A stretch of 64,000 bases of DNA from a virus. This document shows positions 1 to 10,242 of this stretch, piece by piece. The stretch is taken from IMG/VR virus record IMGVR_UViG_3300033143_004671, positions 23,210 through 87,209 of that record; one strand, given 5' to 3'. Both the position numbers and the translations under genes were made by a program. Position 1 is the first letter of the stretch, and the number at the start of each line of letters is the position of its first letter. The notes under the pieces were generated by a model that saw only the letters and a list, made by a program, of their open reading frames with translations, searched no databases and was not told where the DNA came from.

Positions 1-9
1 CTCGACCGG

Positions 10-540
10 TTGGCATCCAACTTGGTGGGTATCAGAAAAGACAAGGCAGATCTCGAGAAGGCAAGGGACATCGCCAATACCGTTCTGCTTCTCACGCAGG
101 AACAGGTCAAGGCGTACGTGGACGAGATAGTGACACTGGCCCTGTCCTCCGTCTATCCTGGCTACTCGTTTGAGTTAGAATATACGATCAAGCGAAACCA
201 ATCCGAAGCTACCCCATGGATCATAAAAGACGGTGACAGGTTCTCACCTCGGGAGGAAGTCGGGGGAGGCGTGCTAGACATAGCCTCACTAGGGATGAGG
301 CTGGCGATGTGGAGTCTGATGGAGCCCAAACCTGCCCCCATCTTCATACTCGACGAGCCTGCCAAGTTTGTCAGTCGAGATCGACAGGCCGATTTTGGCT
401 CGATGCTCCACGAGATCAGCAAGATGCTAGGTGTGCAGATCATTATGGTTTCACACTCGACAGATATAATAGAACAAGCGGACATGGCGTATGAAGTCAT
501 ACAGAATAAAGGTGTATCGAAAGTGACAAAGGTAGAGTAG
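10..540 (+). CDS. SbcC/Rad50 (T4 gp46-like) recombination ATPase, C-terminal part; probably truncated at the window edge
   Basis: Signature-like GGG, Walker B IFILDEP, H-loop VSH. Confidence 0.85.
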   Translation: MASNLVGIRKDKADLEKARDIANTVLLLTQEQVKAYVDEIVTLALSSVYPGYSFELEYTIKRNQSEATPWIIKDGDRFSPREEVGGGVLDIASLGMRLAMWSLMEPKPAPIFILDEPAKFVSRDRQADFGSMLHEISKMLGVQIIMVSHSTDIIEQADMAYEVIQNKGVSKVTKVE

Positions 541-550
541 AAAGGAAACA

Positions 551-898
551 ATGATGACCGACGAGATGAGTCCTAAACCAAAAAGAACGAGACGAAAGAT
601 CAAACCAGAGATTCGACTGTACCGTAAGATACAAAAGGCTATGGACGGTGACACTGCCGTTGCATTGAAGGGCGTGCTGAAGGCCCTTATAGGTCTGAGT
701 AAGGCCAAAGGAACAGTTGTTGCAATCCATACCTTAGTTGGATGCACAACGGGCAACCACGCACCTCACGTGGACCTACTTACCAAGTACGATAGCCGAT
801 TGATCTTGACAACTAGAACCCGAAAGGCAATCGCTAACCTCCAGAGGAGTAAACAATGGCCGACAGTAATGGAAGTTCTCAAGAAGTCGTTGGGGTAG
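551..898 (+). CDS. hypothetical basic protein
   Basis: ORF preceded by AAAGGA RBS. Confidence 0.6.
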   Translation: MMTDEMSPKPKRTRRKIKPEIRLYRKIQKAMDGDTAVALKGVLKALIGLSKAKGTVVAIHTLVGCTTGNHAPHVDLLTKYDSRLILTTRTRKAIANLQRSKQWPTVMEVLKKSLG

Positions 899-1812
899 AG
901 GAAGAGACCGTCTCGCCGACGTACGACAGGAAAAACAGGAAGGTACTACTAGCCGGACCCTATATTGGTGAGTTCGGTTGGGAGGTATTCTCCTGGCAGC
1001 CTCTCGTCCGTTCTGTCCTCCTCACCTCCCAAATGAAGGGCGAAGTGGATCACTGTATCGTCTACACGGGCCCAGGACGAGATAGGCTATATCCATGGGC
1101 GGAGGTCAGGACGTTCCCAGCCCCCGACTATGAGTCCGAATGCCTCGCCTGGCACGAGATGAACGAGGAAAAGAACAGTGAACTCAAAAGCCTGATCGAT
1201 ACTATGATCGGAGAGGTAAAAGAGGAAGGATGGGGCGACATCAAAACACTCACTCAAGCTCAGTTACCTTCTCTCGGCCACGAGTTCTTCGAGCGTGGTA
1301 TGCCCGATCTTCTTCTCCCCGAAGGTCCGACTGATTGGAATAAGTTCGATTTAAAGGACCCAATTGACCCTGGACGGAAGACCGTAGCTCTCTGCGTCCG
1401 CGACCGTGCTATGAGCGATTGGCGTAACCTGGAATACGAGGACTGGTATGACCTGGCAGAACTACTCGACAAAGAGTTCAATGTCATAATGCTAGGCATT
1501 ATCAATCGCCCCGATGATTGGCAGATGCCAGAAGGTGTAATCGACCTGACTAACAAGACGACGGTCAATGACCTGATCGACATCTTCCCGATCTGCGATC
1601 TCGTGGCGGGTGGCAGCACGGGGACGCTCCACCTTGCCTCCCGTTGTGCCAGACCTCATCTAGTATGGGCCGGTGAGAAGGAGGTTAGAAGGTACGCCGA
1701 GGCAAACTGGTTCGGGGCACCTCATAAGGTCTACGTCGAAGGGTGGCAGCCTGATATATATACCGTCCACATAGCAATCCAACACTACCTGAAACAGGGA
1801 GAATGGATATGA
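856..1812 (+). CDS. GT9-like (heptosyltransferase-type GT-B) glycosyltransferase
   Basis: GPYIGEFGWE N-terminus; DLTNKTTVNDLIDIFPICDLVAGGSTGTLHLA resembles the GT9 C-terminal motif. Confidence 0.7.
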   Translation: MADSNGSSQEVVGVEEETVSPTYDRKNRKVLLAGPYIGEFGWEVFSWQPLVRSVLLTSQMKGEVDHCIVYTGPGRDRLYPWAEVRTFPAPDYESECLAWHEMNEEKNSELKSLIDTMIGEVKEEGWGDIKTLTQAQLPSLGHEFFERGMPDLLLPEGPTDWNKFDLKDPIDPGRKTVALCVRDRAMSDWRNLEYEDWYDLAELLDKEFNVIMLGIINRPDDWQMPEGVIDLTNKTTVNDLIDIFPICDLVAGGSTGTLHLASRCARPHLVWAGEKEVRRYAEANWFGAPHKVYVEGWQPDIYTVHIAIQHYLKQGEWI

Positions 1813-2009
1813 GTGATGGAGAAAAAACCTATACCATTAAGGTCACCTGTACTAATTGTGGCGAGGGCGGAGAAGGCCTCGTAAGGCCCTACGAGGTGAG
1901 TGTTCCTATAGGAACACGTGCCAAGCATTTCTTACCTCACCACACCTGCCGAACTTGCGGGTGACATACACTCGTAGCAATCATAGCAAAAGGAACTCAG
2001 CAAAGATGA
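1809..2009 (+). CDS. small Zn-ribbon protein with an in-frame TGA at 1962-1964 (51 aa, or 66 aa if read through)
   Basis: Manual translation MSDGEKTYTIKVTCTNCG...CRTCG*HTLVAIIAKGTQQR*; ATGA overlaps with both neighbouring genes. Confidence 0.6.
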
Positions 2010-2737
2010 ATAAAGGACAAGTACTAATCACATTCGACGACTGCACAAGCGACCAACAGGAAGCCGCCTATGCCATGACGGAGAGAGGGCTAACAGGCAC
2101 GTTTGGTGCGGTAACGGATAGGATCGACACACCAGGATTTATCACTCTAGTCCGGCTCAAAGAATTATCCGACAGTCATTTCATCTGCAACCATTCCCGA
2201 AACCACATTTGGTCGGGAGGAGGTCAAGAGAAGGAAGGACTGAAAGAGCACGGCAAGGACGAGTTGACCAGTGACTACCATGATGGCAGGGAGTGTCTGA
2301 ATGCCTGGGGAATGCATGGCGACTACCTCATGGCTCCCTTTGGCACGGCAAACGTCCTGGGTGAGGAACACCTTGCCGAATTGATCGAGGAGTTCAAATG
2401 GATCCAGTTGACCTTTGGTGCCCCACTACCGGAGGAACTGGAACTGTGGACACCTACGGGAGGAAAGCGCCTCTATCCCCACGGTTATCCCGGTAGGGTC
2501 ATTGGCATCTCTGCGGCGGCGGACATGAGGCACCCTGGCGATGTTAAGGAGAAGGTGGAGAACACAGTCAAGCTAGGTTGCCTATGCGTCCTGCTTTATC
2601 ACAGGGTCGGGCACGTCGTAGGCAATGCAATGAACCTGACGTGGGAGCGATTCATCGAAGACATGGACATGATCTCTGGGTATGTAACTGAAGGCGGACT
2701 GGAATGTGTGACACCCGACATGCTAATAGGTGAATGA
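2006..2737 (+). CDS. NodB-type polysaccharide deacetylase
   Basis: LITFDD, NHSRNH, APFG and LLYH motifs. Confidence 0.8.
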   Translation: MNKGQVLITFDDCTSDQQEAAYAMTERGLTGTFGAVTDRIDTPGFITLVRLKELSDSHFICNHSRNHIWSGGGQEKEGLKEHGKDELTSDYHDGRECLNAWGMHGDYLMAPFGTANVLGEEHLAELIEEFKWIQLTFGAPLPEELELWTPTGGKRLYPHGYPGRVIGISAAADMRHPGDVKEKVENTVKLGCLCVLLYHRVGHVVGNAMNLTWERFIEDMDMISGYVTEGGLECVTPDMLIGE

Positions 2738-3603
2738 TGAAGTACAAGGAAGGATATGGCGTTGGCATTCCCACGTTGGGCAGGGATAAAATCCTACTAC
2801 GAACAGTCGAGGCGTTCCTCAGACAGACGAGGCCACCCGGGCATATCATAATCATAGATAATAATCCAGGCGATCATGCCATGGTGATTGATGCGAAAAG
2901 CAGCACAAGCCAGACGGAGGTCCTCTGTACGAAAGGCAAGGGCAAGAAAAGCGATGCCTCGGGCAGTCAACAGGCATTGGGTCTCCTTTCCATGCTCGGT
3001 TACAGAACGGCCGTTAAGTGGGATGACGATCTTATTCCCGAACTCGACTGTATGGAGCACCTCGTCTGTTGTGTCGGTAAGTACGGCTGTGTTGCCAGAG
3101 GCGGACTGTATCCGAGGACAGGTGAGACTAGAGCCACGACGATAAGACCGGTAGACGGCGTGTTCGTGGATGCTGGGGGGAGGCAAATCACCTATCCAGG
3201 TTACTACATGGAGGCCGTTGTGCCCGATGGTACTCCCTCTCATATCCAATTCTTTCATTGGGATTCTGTTCATGGTCATTGGACACTGAATACACCGGCC
3301 CTCTATTCGTCCTTCGCCTACTCGATTCCCGACGCACTACTTCTAGGTGGATTCTGTACCTCGTATAGTAGTCATTCATACAGGCATGAAACAGACTTCA
3401 CTTTGCGTCTGGCCAAAGTCGGACAACTTAGGATAGACACGAAAGCCAAAGCCGAGCATCTACTCGCTCCAGGGGGCCTACGGACAATCGATGAAAAAGA
3501 AGCACGGCGGATGAGAGAACACGACCAGGAACTCTTCGAGAGACGTATGGAGTCCTTTGGTATTAGTCCGACCGACTGGCGAGAGGGAGTGAGGCTACAA
3601 TGA
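2734..3603 (+). CDS. GT2-family glycosyltransferase
   Basis: VGIPTLGR, IIIIDNN, WDDD (DxD), LGGF...HETDFTLR. Confidence 0.85.
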   Translation: MMKYKEGYGVGIPTLGRDKILLRTVEAFLRQTRPPGHIIIIDNNPGDHAMVIDAKSSTSQTEVLCTKGKGKKSDASGSQQALGLLSMLGYRTAVKWDDDLIPELDCMEHLVCCVGKYGCVARGGLYPRTGETRATTIRPVDGVFVDAGGRQITYPGYYMEAVVPDGTPSHIQFFHWDSVHGHWTLNTPALYSSFAYSIPDALLLGGFCTSYSSHSYRHETDFTLRLAKVGQLRIDTKAKAEHLLAPGGLRTIDEKEARRMREHDQELFERRMESFGISPTDWREGVRLQ

Positions 3604-4601
3604 AAATCGCCGTATGCACGACACCTCAGAATCCCGTACCTCCTGTTAAGTATGGTGGGGCGGAAAAACGTGCCGACATCATCGTCCGTAAGATGATGGG
3701 GCGGGGACATATAGTCCATTTGTACTGTGGTCCTGGATCGACTTGTCCTGCGGACTGGAAGTTTGAAGCGACCTCTACCAAGATGTCGGCACAGCGAGAA
3801 TATATCCCTCCCATCTTAGATATTGGGTACGATGCAATACTCGACATGACTTCCTACCACATTATGTCATGGCCGAAGGGAGCGGAGAAAGACATAAGAC
3901 CAGTCGCCCTAATGGCTGGTGATCCGCACAAGAAGTATCCCCATGATACTATCAGGAATCGAGTGTATGTCTCAAAAGAGTTTGCAGCGTTCAACGGTTG
4001 TCCAAACCATCCAATCGTACACAACATTATCCACGAATGCCCTGAGAGCGTTGCTTATGAGTATGGGGAACCACCAGAGCGGTATGCATTCTATCTCGGA
4101 ATCATCCGACCAGAAAAGGGACTGCATATTGCAGCGAAGGCGTGCAGAAAGCTAGGACTGAAGTTCAAGGTGGGGGGGCCCATACTAGATGAAACCTACT
4201 GGGCCGGAATCGAGCCGTTGGATGGTGTCGAATATCTCGGGCTTATCGACAACGATTCCGAGGAGAAGTGGAAATTGTTCGGGCAGGCCTCCGTGTTTCT
4301 GTACCCCGCGCTATGGTGTGATGCCGGCCCTCTCGCACCGATGGAGTCATTACTGGCCGGTACACCTGTAGTAGGTTTTGCTAATGGTGGGATATGTTCC
4401 GACGTTCAAGATGACATCAACGGGTGGCTTCGGCCAAAAAACATGGCACTGGATTATATCTCTATGATCCGTCACACACTGGAGCTAGACCTGCATCCAG
4501 GACGAGTACAAAAGTCCATACTTAAGGCCATCGACCCCGACAAATGTGTGACCAAATTGCTCAAGCTACTCAAACGAGCGGCATCAGGGGAGGAGTGGTA
4601 A
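3600..4601 (+). CDS. GT4-family glycosyltransferase
   Basis: VPPVKYGGAE, LGIIRPEKG, MESLLAGTPVVG, GWL. Confidence 0.9.
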   Translation: MKIAVCTTPQNPVPPVKYGGAEKRADIIVRKMMGRGHIVHLYCGPGSTCPADWKFEATSTKMSAQREYIPPILDIGYDAILDMTSYHIMSWPKGAEKDIRPVALMAGDPHKKYPHDTIRNRVYVSKEFAAFNGCPNHPIVHNIIHECPESVAYEYGEPPERYAFYLGIIRPEKGLHIAAKACRKLGLKFKVGGPILDETYWAGIEPLDGVEYLGLIDNDSEEKWKLFGQASVFLYPALWCDAGPLAPMESLLAGTPVVGFANGGICSDVQDDINGWLRPKNMALDYISMIRHTLELDLHPGRVQKSILKAIDPDKCVTKLLKLLKRAASGEEW

Positions 4602-5518
4602 TGTTTGGCCCTAGTGATGTCTATGTACAACAAGAGTTCATCCATCATAGAATGGAAGGCTTCCATCAACTCCTAAGGGACACGGAGACGAAGTTCAAGC
4701 AAACCTTTGGTCTAGATCAAGATGAATGGATCGTCCTTTTCGTCACGGGGTCAGGCACATTGGCAAATGAGATCGTGCTCGATAGTTTAATTCCCGAGTT
4801 GCGGATACGGAGCAAAGGGCAGTTTTCCCGTAGGCTTAGATTACTGGCGTCCGAGCGCACGAAGGTTGGGATCGGCTCTCGTATGGCTGTTGCAGACGCC
4901 TATGTCGCCTATGAAACAGGGGAGAGTCGTTTCATTCACGCACCAGGGAAGGAAGGTGAAAGATCGCTGCTGTTCTGCGATATGATCTCCGCCTTCCCTT
5001 ACTATATGCCAGACGAGTCGGTAGACGTATGGACAACGGTCACAAGCAAGCAACTACGATGCGAACCTGGATTGTCCTTGATCGTCCTGAGGAAGCATTG
5101 TCTGCGTTATTTCAGGCCGGCAAGACCGAGTAATAGTACCTTGAGTCTAGCCTCCTATGCTCATTATCGAAACTGGGAGGAGACACCCCACACACCAGTC
5201 ATTCAATTGATCGACAATCTGAGATACGAGCTAGACAGCCGGACAAGAGATAAACCTCGATACTATGAAGACATGATCGACAATAGAAGGATGAAACTCG
5301 TCGAGGCTATCGGGGAGGAAAATGTCATTGGCGAAGGGCCTGTCGCCACCTTAAAACCCATAGAGGATCAGTTTGCTAAACAAAAAAGCCTGTACTGTAG
5401 TCCACATGGGTGGCAGATTTTTCTATATGCAAGACTATCGGTGGTGGGTACGATAGAGTTCGAGTGGCTAGTCAAGGAGTTAAAGTCACTCTATAAAGAT
5501 AAAGGAGTGGGTGTGTGA
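4601..5518 (+). CDS. class V PLP-dependent aminotransferase (2-AEP/serine-pyruvate type)
   Basis: MFGP start, TGSGTLANE, ETG, DMISAF, TSKQL (PLP lysine), TPHTP. Confidence 0.8.
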   Translation: MFGPSDVYVQQEFIHHRMEGFHQLLRDTETKFKQTFGLDQDEWIVLFVTGSGTLANEIVLDSLIPELRIRSKGQFSRRLRLLASERTKVGIGSRMAVADAYVAYETGESRFIHAPGKEGERSLLFCDMISAFPYYMPDESVDVWTTVTSKQLRCEPGLSLIVLRKHCLRYFRPARPSNSTLSLASYAHYRNWEETPHTPVIQLIDNLRYELDSRTRDKPRYYEDMIDNRRMKLVEAIGEENVIGEGPVATLKPIEDQFAKQKSLYCSPHGWQIFLYARLSVVGTIEFEWLVKELKSLYKDKGVGV

Positions 5519-5664
5519 GTGTACTGGCCGTCTTTCTCAATAAGAACAACCCGAACAACTGGCGTCCATGCGAGCGGGAGAGTATGGAACGACACTTTGG
5601 TAGTATCGAAGAGACTGACATTACCGAGGCAGATAAGTGGAAAGTATGTCTCGGCTCTGCCTAA
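5515..5664 (+). CDS. small hypothetical protein (49 aa)
   Basis: GTGA overlap with the previous gene and AAGGAG RBS; manual translation MSVLAVFLNKNN... Confidence 0.4.
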   Translation: MSVLAVFLNKNNPNNWRPCERESMERHFGSIEETDITEADKWKVCLGSA

Positions 5665-5677
5665 GGAAAACAAAAGT

Positions 5678-6529
5678 ATGAGGCCCATCGTATTTGTTAA
5701 GGCGAACCCAAACGCAGGATCAGCCAAAACCAGAGGCGACCAAGTAGCAAATCTACTTTTGAGTAGAGGACTCGACGCTAAAAGTGTATCGCTATCGCAA
5801 GCAAAACAAATGGATTTAAGTGAGTCCCTGGTAGTAGTTATAAAGGAACTTATCAAAGAAGCCTTTGACCTACGAGCCTGGAAGATAATCTATGATGTAG
5901 TAGACAATAGCTCGATAATCAAACAAAGTAACATATCCATAATTCCACAAGAAGTAGACGCAATCATATTCCCAAACAAACGAGCATATATGGATTTGGG
6001 GAAAGCCATTGACCGCCCTAGTTACTATATCTATCATCTCTCATTCAATGTCATCCCCATTAAATCCAAAATCTTCTCCGTGGCATATTGTGGAGCCAAA
6101 GAGGCGTTTCGCTCCATAGATAAATTACCGGGCATCGTCAAAAACTTCTACGACCCCACGATGCTTGAGAACCCAAAAAGATTAACAGCCTATCTAAAGA
6201 CAGCGAGACAAGTTGCCTGTCATCTAACCTTTAGGGACATCCCCTATAAACCTCCGATCAAGATTTCATTTGCTGCAAAGTGTGGTAGCGTGATTGTGGG
6301 GAACAGGGACAGTGGGGGAGCCGAGGAGTTTCTCGGTAAGGGTTATCCATATCTTGTCCAGAAGTATTCGATAGACGATCTTGCGGACATGATTGATAAA
6401 GCCGCTATGACTTTTCAATCTTCTATATGGAGAAGGGCTGAGGCGGCAATGGAAGATGTACGACAACGCTCTACAGACGATCGCATCATACAAGACTATA
6501 TAGACTTTTTTGAGAAAGTTCAGGGATAA
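5678..6529 (+). CDS. GT-B-fold glycosyltransferase-like protein
   Basis: IIYDVVDN, DAIIFPN, YKPPIKISFAAKCG resemble divergent phage GT4-like proteins. Confidence 0.55.
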   Translation: MRPIVFVKANPNAGSAKTRGDQVANLLLSRGLDAKSVSLSQAKQMDLSESLVVVIKELIKEAFDLRAWKIIYDVVDNSSIIKQSNISIIPQEVDAIIFPNKRAYMDLGKAIDRPSYYIYHLSFNVIPIKSKIFSVAYCGAKEAFRSIDKLPGIVKNFYDPTMLENPKRLTAYLKTARQVACHLTFRDIPYKPPIKISFAAKCGSVIVGNRDSGGAEEFLGKGYPYLVQKYSIDDLADMIDKAAMTFQSSIWRRAEAAMEDVRQRSTDDRIIQDYIDFFEKVQG

Positions 6530-6530
6530 A

Positions 6531-7505
6531 ATGAATGATAAGAATGCGATGAGTATAACCTCAAACGATGTTAAACTATTCAAACATCTAGATAGCCTAC
6601 AAGCATTGCAAAATGGTCAATCATCACCTGTGATGCTCCATATAAGCCCTACGAACCTATGCAATATGAAGTGCAGTCACTGCTGCTTCTTTGGTAGAAA
6701 TAGGACGCAGAACTTGAGCTTGGATATTATTCAAGCCGCGGTCGATAGTTTCTCTAAGTATGGCCTCAAGTCGCTGGAACTTACTGGTGGTGGTGAACCT
6801 ACTCTATATCCTGAGATGGGTGCATTGATGGAATGGTTGAAGGAAACTGGTTGGCCTGTTGGCATGAACACCAACGCTCTGTCTATCCACAATGTGCCTA
6901 CTTGGGATGCCTTTCGTTGGGTACGAGTCTCACTCAACATACTAAATGTCGAGAGTGATGCCGATGACTTCCTGAGAAATGTCCGATTTATCCAAGATAC
7001 AGGAACCAGAGTCACGGCATGCTACATCGTATCAAAAGACTATACTGACGAGTCCATAGAAAGGGTGCTGAGGTTTGCGGATACAGAAAGAATACCAACT
7101 CGGCTAGCGCCTGACTGCATACAAAAAAAACCAGACATTGCAAAGCTGATACAGAGGCTCGAAGATAGTTTTGGCAATGATCTATGCGAAAGCGAGTTTG
7201 TTTTCTTATCCTCATTCAATGTTTATCTTGAAGATAGACAAGACGACAGATGCTATCTCCATCTACTCAAACCCTTCCTGTATACTGATGGTTGGATATA
7301 CGACTGTCCAAGTTCTGAGCTATCGTATGAAAACAACCGAACTATGAAACCAAAGTTCCGCGTCTGCAAGTGGGATCAAATCCATGACCATTATAAATGG
7401 CCACCAAAGCCCAGGCACCAAACTTGTCATTATTGCAAATACGCTGAACAGAATAGGATTTTGAGGGCGGTCCTAGAGAGGACACAAGATAATGAGTTCT
7501 GCTAA
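6531..7505 (+). CDS. radical SAM protein with a SPASM-like C-terminus
   Basis: CNMKCSHC, TGGGEPTL, TNA, C-terminal Cys cluster. Confidence 0.9.
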   Translation: MNDKNAMSITSNDVKLFKHLDSLQALQNGQSSPVMLHISPTNLCNMKCSHCCFFGRNRTQNLSLDIIQAAVDSFSKYGLKSLELTGGGEPTLYPEMGALMEWLKETGWPVGMNTNALSIHNVPTWDAFRWVRVSLNILNVESDADDFLRNVRFIQDTGTRVTACYIVSKDYTDESIERVLRFADTERIPTRLAPDCIQKKPDIAKLIQRLEDSFGNDLCESEFVFLSSFNVYLEDRQDDRCYLHLLKPFLYTDGWIYDCPSSELSYENNRTMKPKFRVCKWDQIHDHYKWPPKPRHQTCHYCKYAEQNRILRAVLERTQDNEFC

Positions 7506-8145
7506 TAAGTTCGACAAAGACTACTATGAAAGAGGAGTAGAGTTAGGTGTATCATTATATACTAATTATCACTACATGCCTGAACGATCTAGACAAGAAG
7601 CAAAAGCAGTCATCAGTAATCTCGGATTGGACAAAGAGCACACGATACTGGATTTTGGTTGTGCAAAGGGTTTCCTAGTTAAGGCACTAGTTGAATTAGG
7701 ATACGATGCATACGGCACTGATATTAGTAAGTATGCTATATCCCACTGCGAACCAGAAATAGATCATCGCATATTTATTTTGTGTGATTCGATCATAAAG
7801 AATAGACGATTCGATTATGGTTTCTGTAAGGATGTGTTGGAGCATAGCGAGGACCTAGATACTGATCTATCCACGATTGCTAAACTATCCTCTCGATGGT
7901 TGGTTTGTATCCCACTAGCCGACAATGGTAATTACAGGATTGAAGACTATGAAAAAGACACCACACATTTGATAAGGGAAAACGAGGCATGGTGGATTAG
8001 GATGTTTGAGAAACACTTTCAGGTGATATCTAGACAATATAGATTGGCAGGATTGAAAGATAAATGGTATGATCTTTCTCCAAAGGGTAACATGTTTGTG
8101 CGTATGAGGAAAAAACATGAGACAAAAATATTGGAACAACGATAG
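7492..8145 (+). CDS. class I SAM-dependent methyltransferase
   Basis: ILDFGCAKG, DISKYA, DVLEH. Confidence 0.9.
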   Translation: MSSANKFDKDYYERGVELGVSLYTNYHYMPERSRQEAKAVISNLGLDKEHTILDFGCAKGFLVKALVELGYDAYGTDISKYAISHCEPEIDHRIFILCDSIIKNRRFDYGFCKDVLEHSEDLDTDLSTIAKLSSRWLVCIPLADNGNYRIEDYEKDTTHLIRENEAWWIRMFEKHFQVISRQYRLAGLKDKWYDLSPKGNMFVRMRKKHETKILEQR

Positions 8146-8848
8146 TGATGGTCAAGAGCCGCGTTTAGAATTGTTCGGGCTTCAACGGTCCGGCACTAGT
8201 TATCTCGGGCTGTTGCTAAAACTGAACTTCAATATGTTCTATTCAGGCAAAGCTCATAAGCATGCTAAGTTCAATCCAGAGAATACGAAAGTGGATTGTA
8301 TATTCATAACAAGACATCCTTATGCTTGGTTACCTTCCTTCTACGATCTAAGTAGGCGAAGGGGTGATGTTGGTTCGTCTTGCTCATTTTCTAGCTTTTT
8401 GAAAAGAGAATTAACCTGTTCCCTAGCGTGGGCCAACACACCATCTGTAACTCAGACATCCTCTAATCCAATAACATATTATTGTGAAGTGAATAAGAAT
8501 TGGTTGGATATCAATCAAACTCGATATGGAGAAAAAGTCTACAAAGGTCTGCATGTAAAATATGAGGATCTGTTGGACGCGAATGGACTTGTATCTCAAC
8601 TACATCGAATATGGACTTTCTTCGATCTTGAGCGGCAATTTATTACATGGGTTGATGTACTAGAAGAAGTGGGTCCTGACAAGTATCTAACTGTTCGCCA
8701 ACCTTTTGGCAGTAGACCGTACAGTAGAAAAGAGTACTACAAAAAGCAAAAGTATATAGATAGGTTTTCGGACGAAGATTTAGCTTTCGTACAAGGACAG
8801 ATTGACACCAGCGTAATGAACAGACTAGGATATGAAGCATTAAGGTAG
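8117..8848 (+). CDS. sulfotransferase-family protein
   Basis: GLQRSGTSYL (5'-PSB loop), RHPYAWLPS (3'-PB), KYEDL. Confidence 0.85.
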   Translation: MRQKYWNNDSDGQEPRLELFGLQRSGTSYLGLLLKLNFNMFYSGKAHKHAKFNPENTKVDCIFITRHPYAWLPSFYDLSRRRGDVGSSCSFSSFLKRELTCSLAWANTPSVTQTSSNPITYYCEVNKNWLDINQTRYGEKVYKGLHVKYEDLLDANGLVSQLHRIWTFFDLERQFITWVDVLEEVGPDKYLTVRQPFGSRPYSRKEYYKKQKYIDRFSDEDLAFVQGQIDTSVMNRLGYEALR

Positions 8849-9113
8849 CTCGAAAATACGAGTTGATACGACAAAGGATCGATACGATAAAGCTCTACAC
8901 TAGTTCGACCGGAACATGAGTCAGTTAGACACAAAAACGAAGTTTAAGGAAAGGTCCATACCTCATAAAATAGAGAGGTACTTGGATTCCCAGATAAAGG
9001 TAGACGTTCTAACTACCGAGGAATGCCTGTGATGATCTTCCGTAACAATTGGGACGAGATTGTCCATAGAATACTAGAGATGAACTTATGCATCATCTAG
9101 GATATAAAATCCG

Positions 9114-9299
9114 ATGACTAGGCGATACAAGTATGGACAGGGTAAATGCTCACAGTGCCACAGGATGATAGCATCGACTAAAAAAGGGTTGGCATACAGA
9201 CACGGCTGGACGAAGACTCAACCGCCCTGTACGGGTTCGGGTATAATGTTACGACAGATACGATACAATACACGATGGTCGGCCATAAGGTTTTTCTAA
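9114..9299 (+). CDS. small Cys/His protein ending in RFF
   Basis: CSQC...HG...CTGSG. Confidence 0.55.
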   Translation: MTRRYKYGQGKCSQCHRMIASTKKGLAYRHGWTKTQPPCTGSGIMLRQIRYNTRWSAIRFF

Positions 9300-9300
9300 C

Positions 9301-10242
9301 ATGAACCAGCAGCGATTAAGAGACATTCTAAATGGGTTGTCCATCGCCAACCAAACTGTCTCCAACCATGCCGTCAATATCAATTGTCCATATTGCATAG
9401 GTCGAAGATCGGGTAGAGAGGATACGAAGTACCGCTGCGGCATCTTCCTGTCGAGTCTCCGATACCATTGCTTCCGATGCAAGAGGACTGGCTCGCTGTA
9501 CAAACTGCTCGATACACTAGTCAAGACGACGAGCGAGCAATACGAATCGCTGATAGGTAAGGAAGTCCTGCCTGAAGATGAAACCCTATCCGACCACGTT
9601 CGGAACAGGATTCAAGGAACATCGGCGCGGGAACAAGTCATTATCAAACCCCCGCAGGACCCACGAGGATCGTCTCTAACGTACGATCTTGTCGATCAAT
9701 ACCCTTTATTACGTTCCTGGCTGAAAGCCCGTCAGATCGAAGCACAGACGCTCATAGACTACGGTGTGAGATATGGGGGTAATGTGGGGCCGAATGCCCA
9801 TCGATTGATATTGCCTGTCTACGACGAGGCCGGGAAGATGGTCGCGTGGCAGGGCAGGGATATTAGTGGCAGGAGGAGGATGAAATACTTCACCCAAGGC
9901 AACGTGACGGACTACTTGTTTTGGACGGAGTATATCAAAACGCCTTATGTAATCTATCTCGTCGAGGGAATATTTGACTGCTTGCGGATGGAGTATAATG
10001 CAGTAGCATCGTTCAGTCATTCTCTGTCCAGGAGACAGCGGACATTGTTATTCGACAACCAAAATCTGATCGATAAGCTAATCGTATGCTGGGACGCCGA
10101 TAGTTATGGGAAGGCAATAGGCTGCGCCCAAAATCTAGCTCCGATACTAAGAAAGGTTGGTGTCGTGAGATTACCAGAAGGACAGGACCCAGATAGTTTG
10201 GGTGGTGACGAGATCAGGAAACTGAAAGTAAGATGGGTATAA
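9301..10242 (+). CDS. DNA primase (Zn finger + TOPRIM)
   Basis: CPYC...CFRC, RLILPVYD...WQGR, VEGIFD, WDAD, DPD. Confidence 0.92.
   Translation: MNQQRLRDILNGLSIANQTVSNHAVNINCPYCIGRRSGREDTKYRCGIFLSSLRYHCFRCKRTGSLYKLLDTLVKTTSEQYESLIGKEVLPEDETLSDHVRNRIQGTSAREQVIIKPPQDPRGSSLTYDLVDQYPLLRSWLKARQIEAQTLIDYGVRYGGNVGPNAHRLILPVYDEAGKMVAWQGRDISGRRRMKYFTQGNVTDYLFWTEYIKTPYVIYLVEGIFDCLRMEYNAVASFSHSLSRRQRTLLFDNQNLIDKLIVCWDADSYGKAIGCAQNLAPILRKVGVVRLPEGQDPDSLGGDEIRKLKVRWV

Noticed and set aside
4601-5518. Phosphonate biosynthesis pathway
   Set aside because: No PEP mutase or phosphonopyruvate decarboxylase is in the window.
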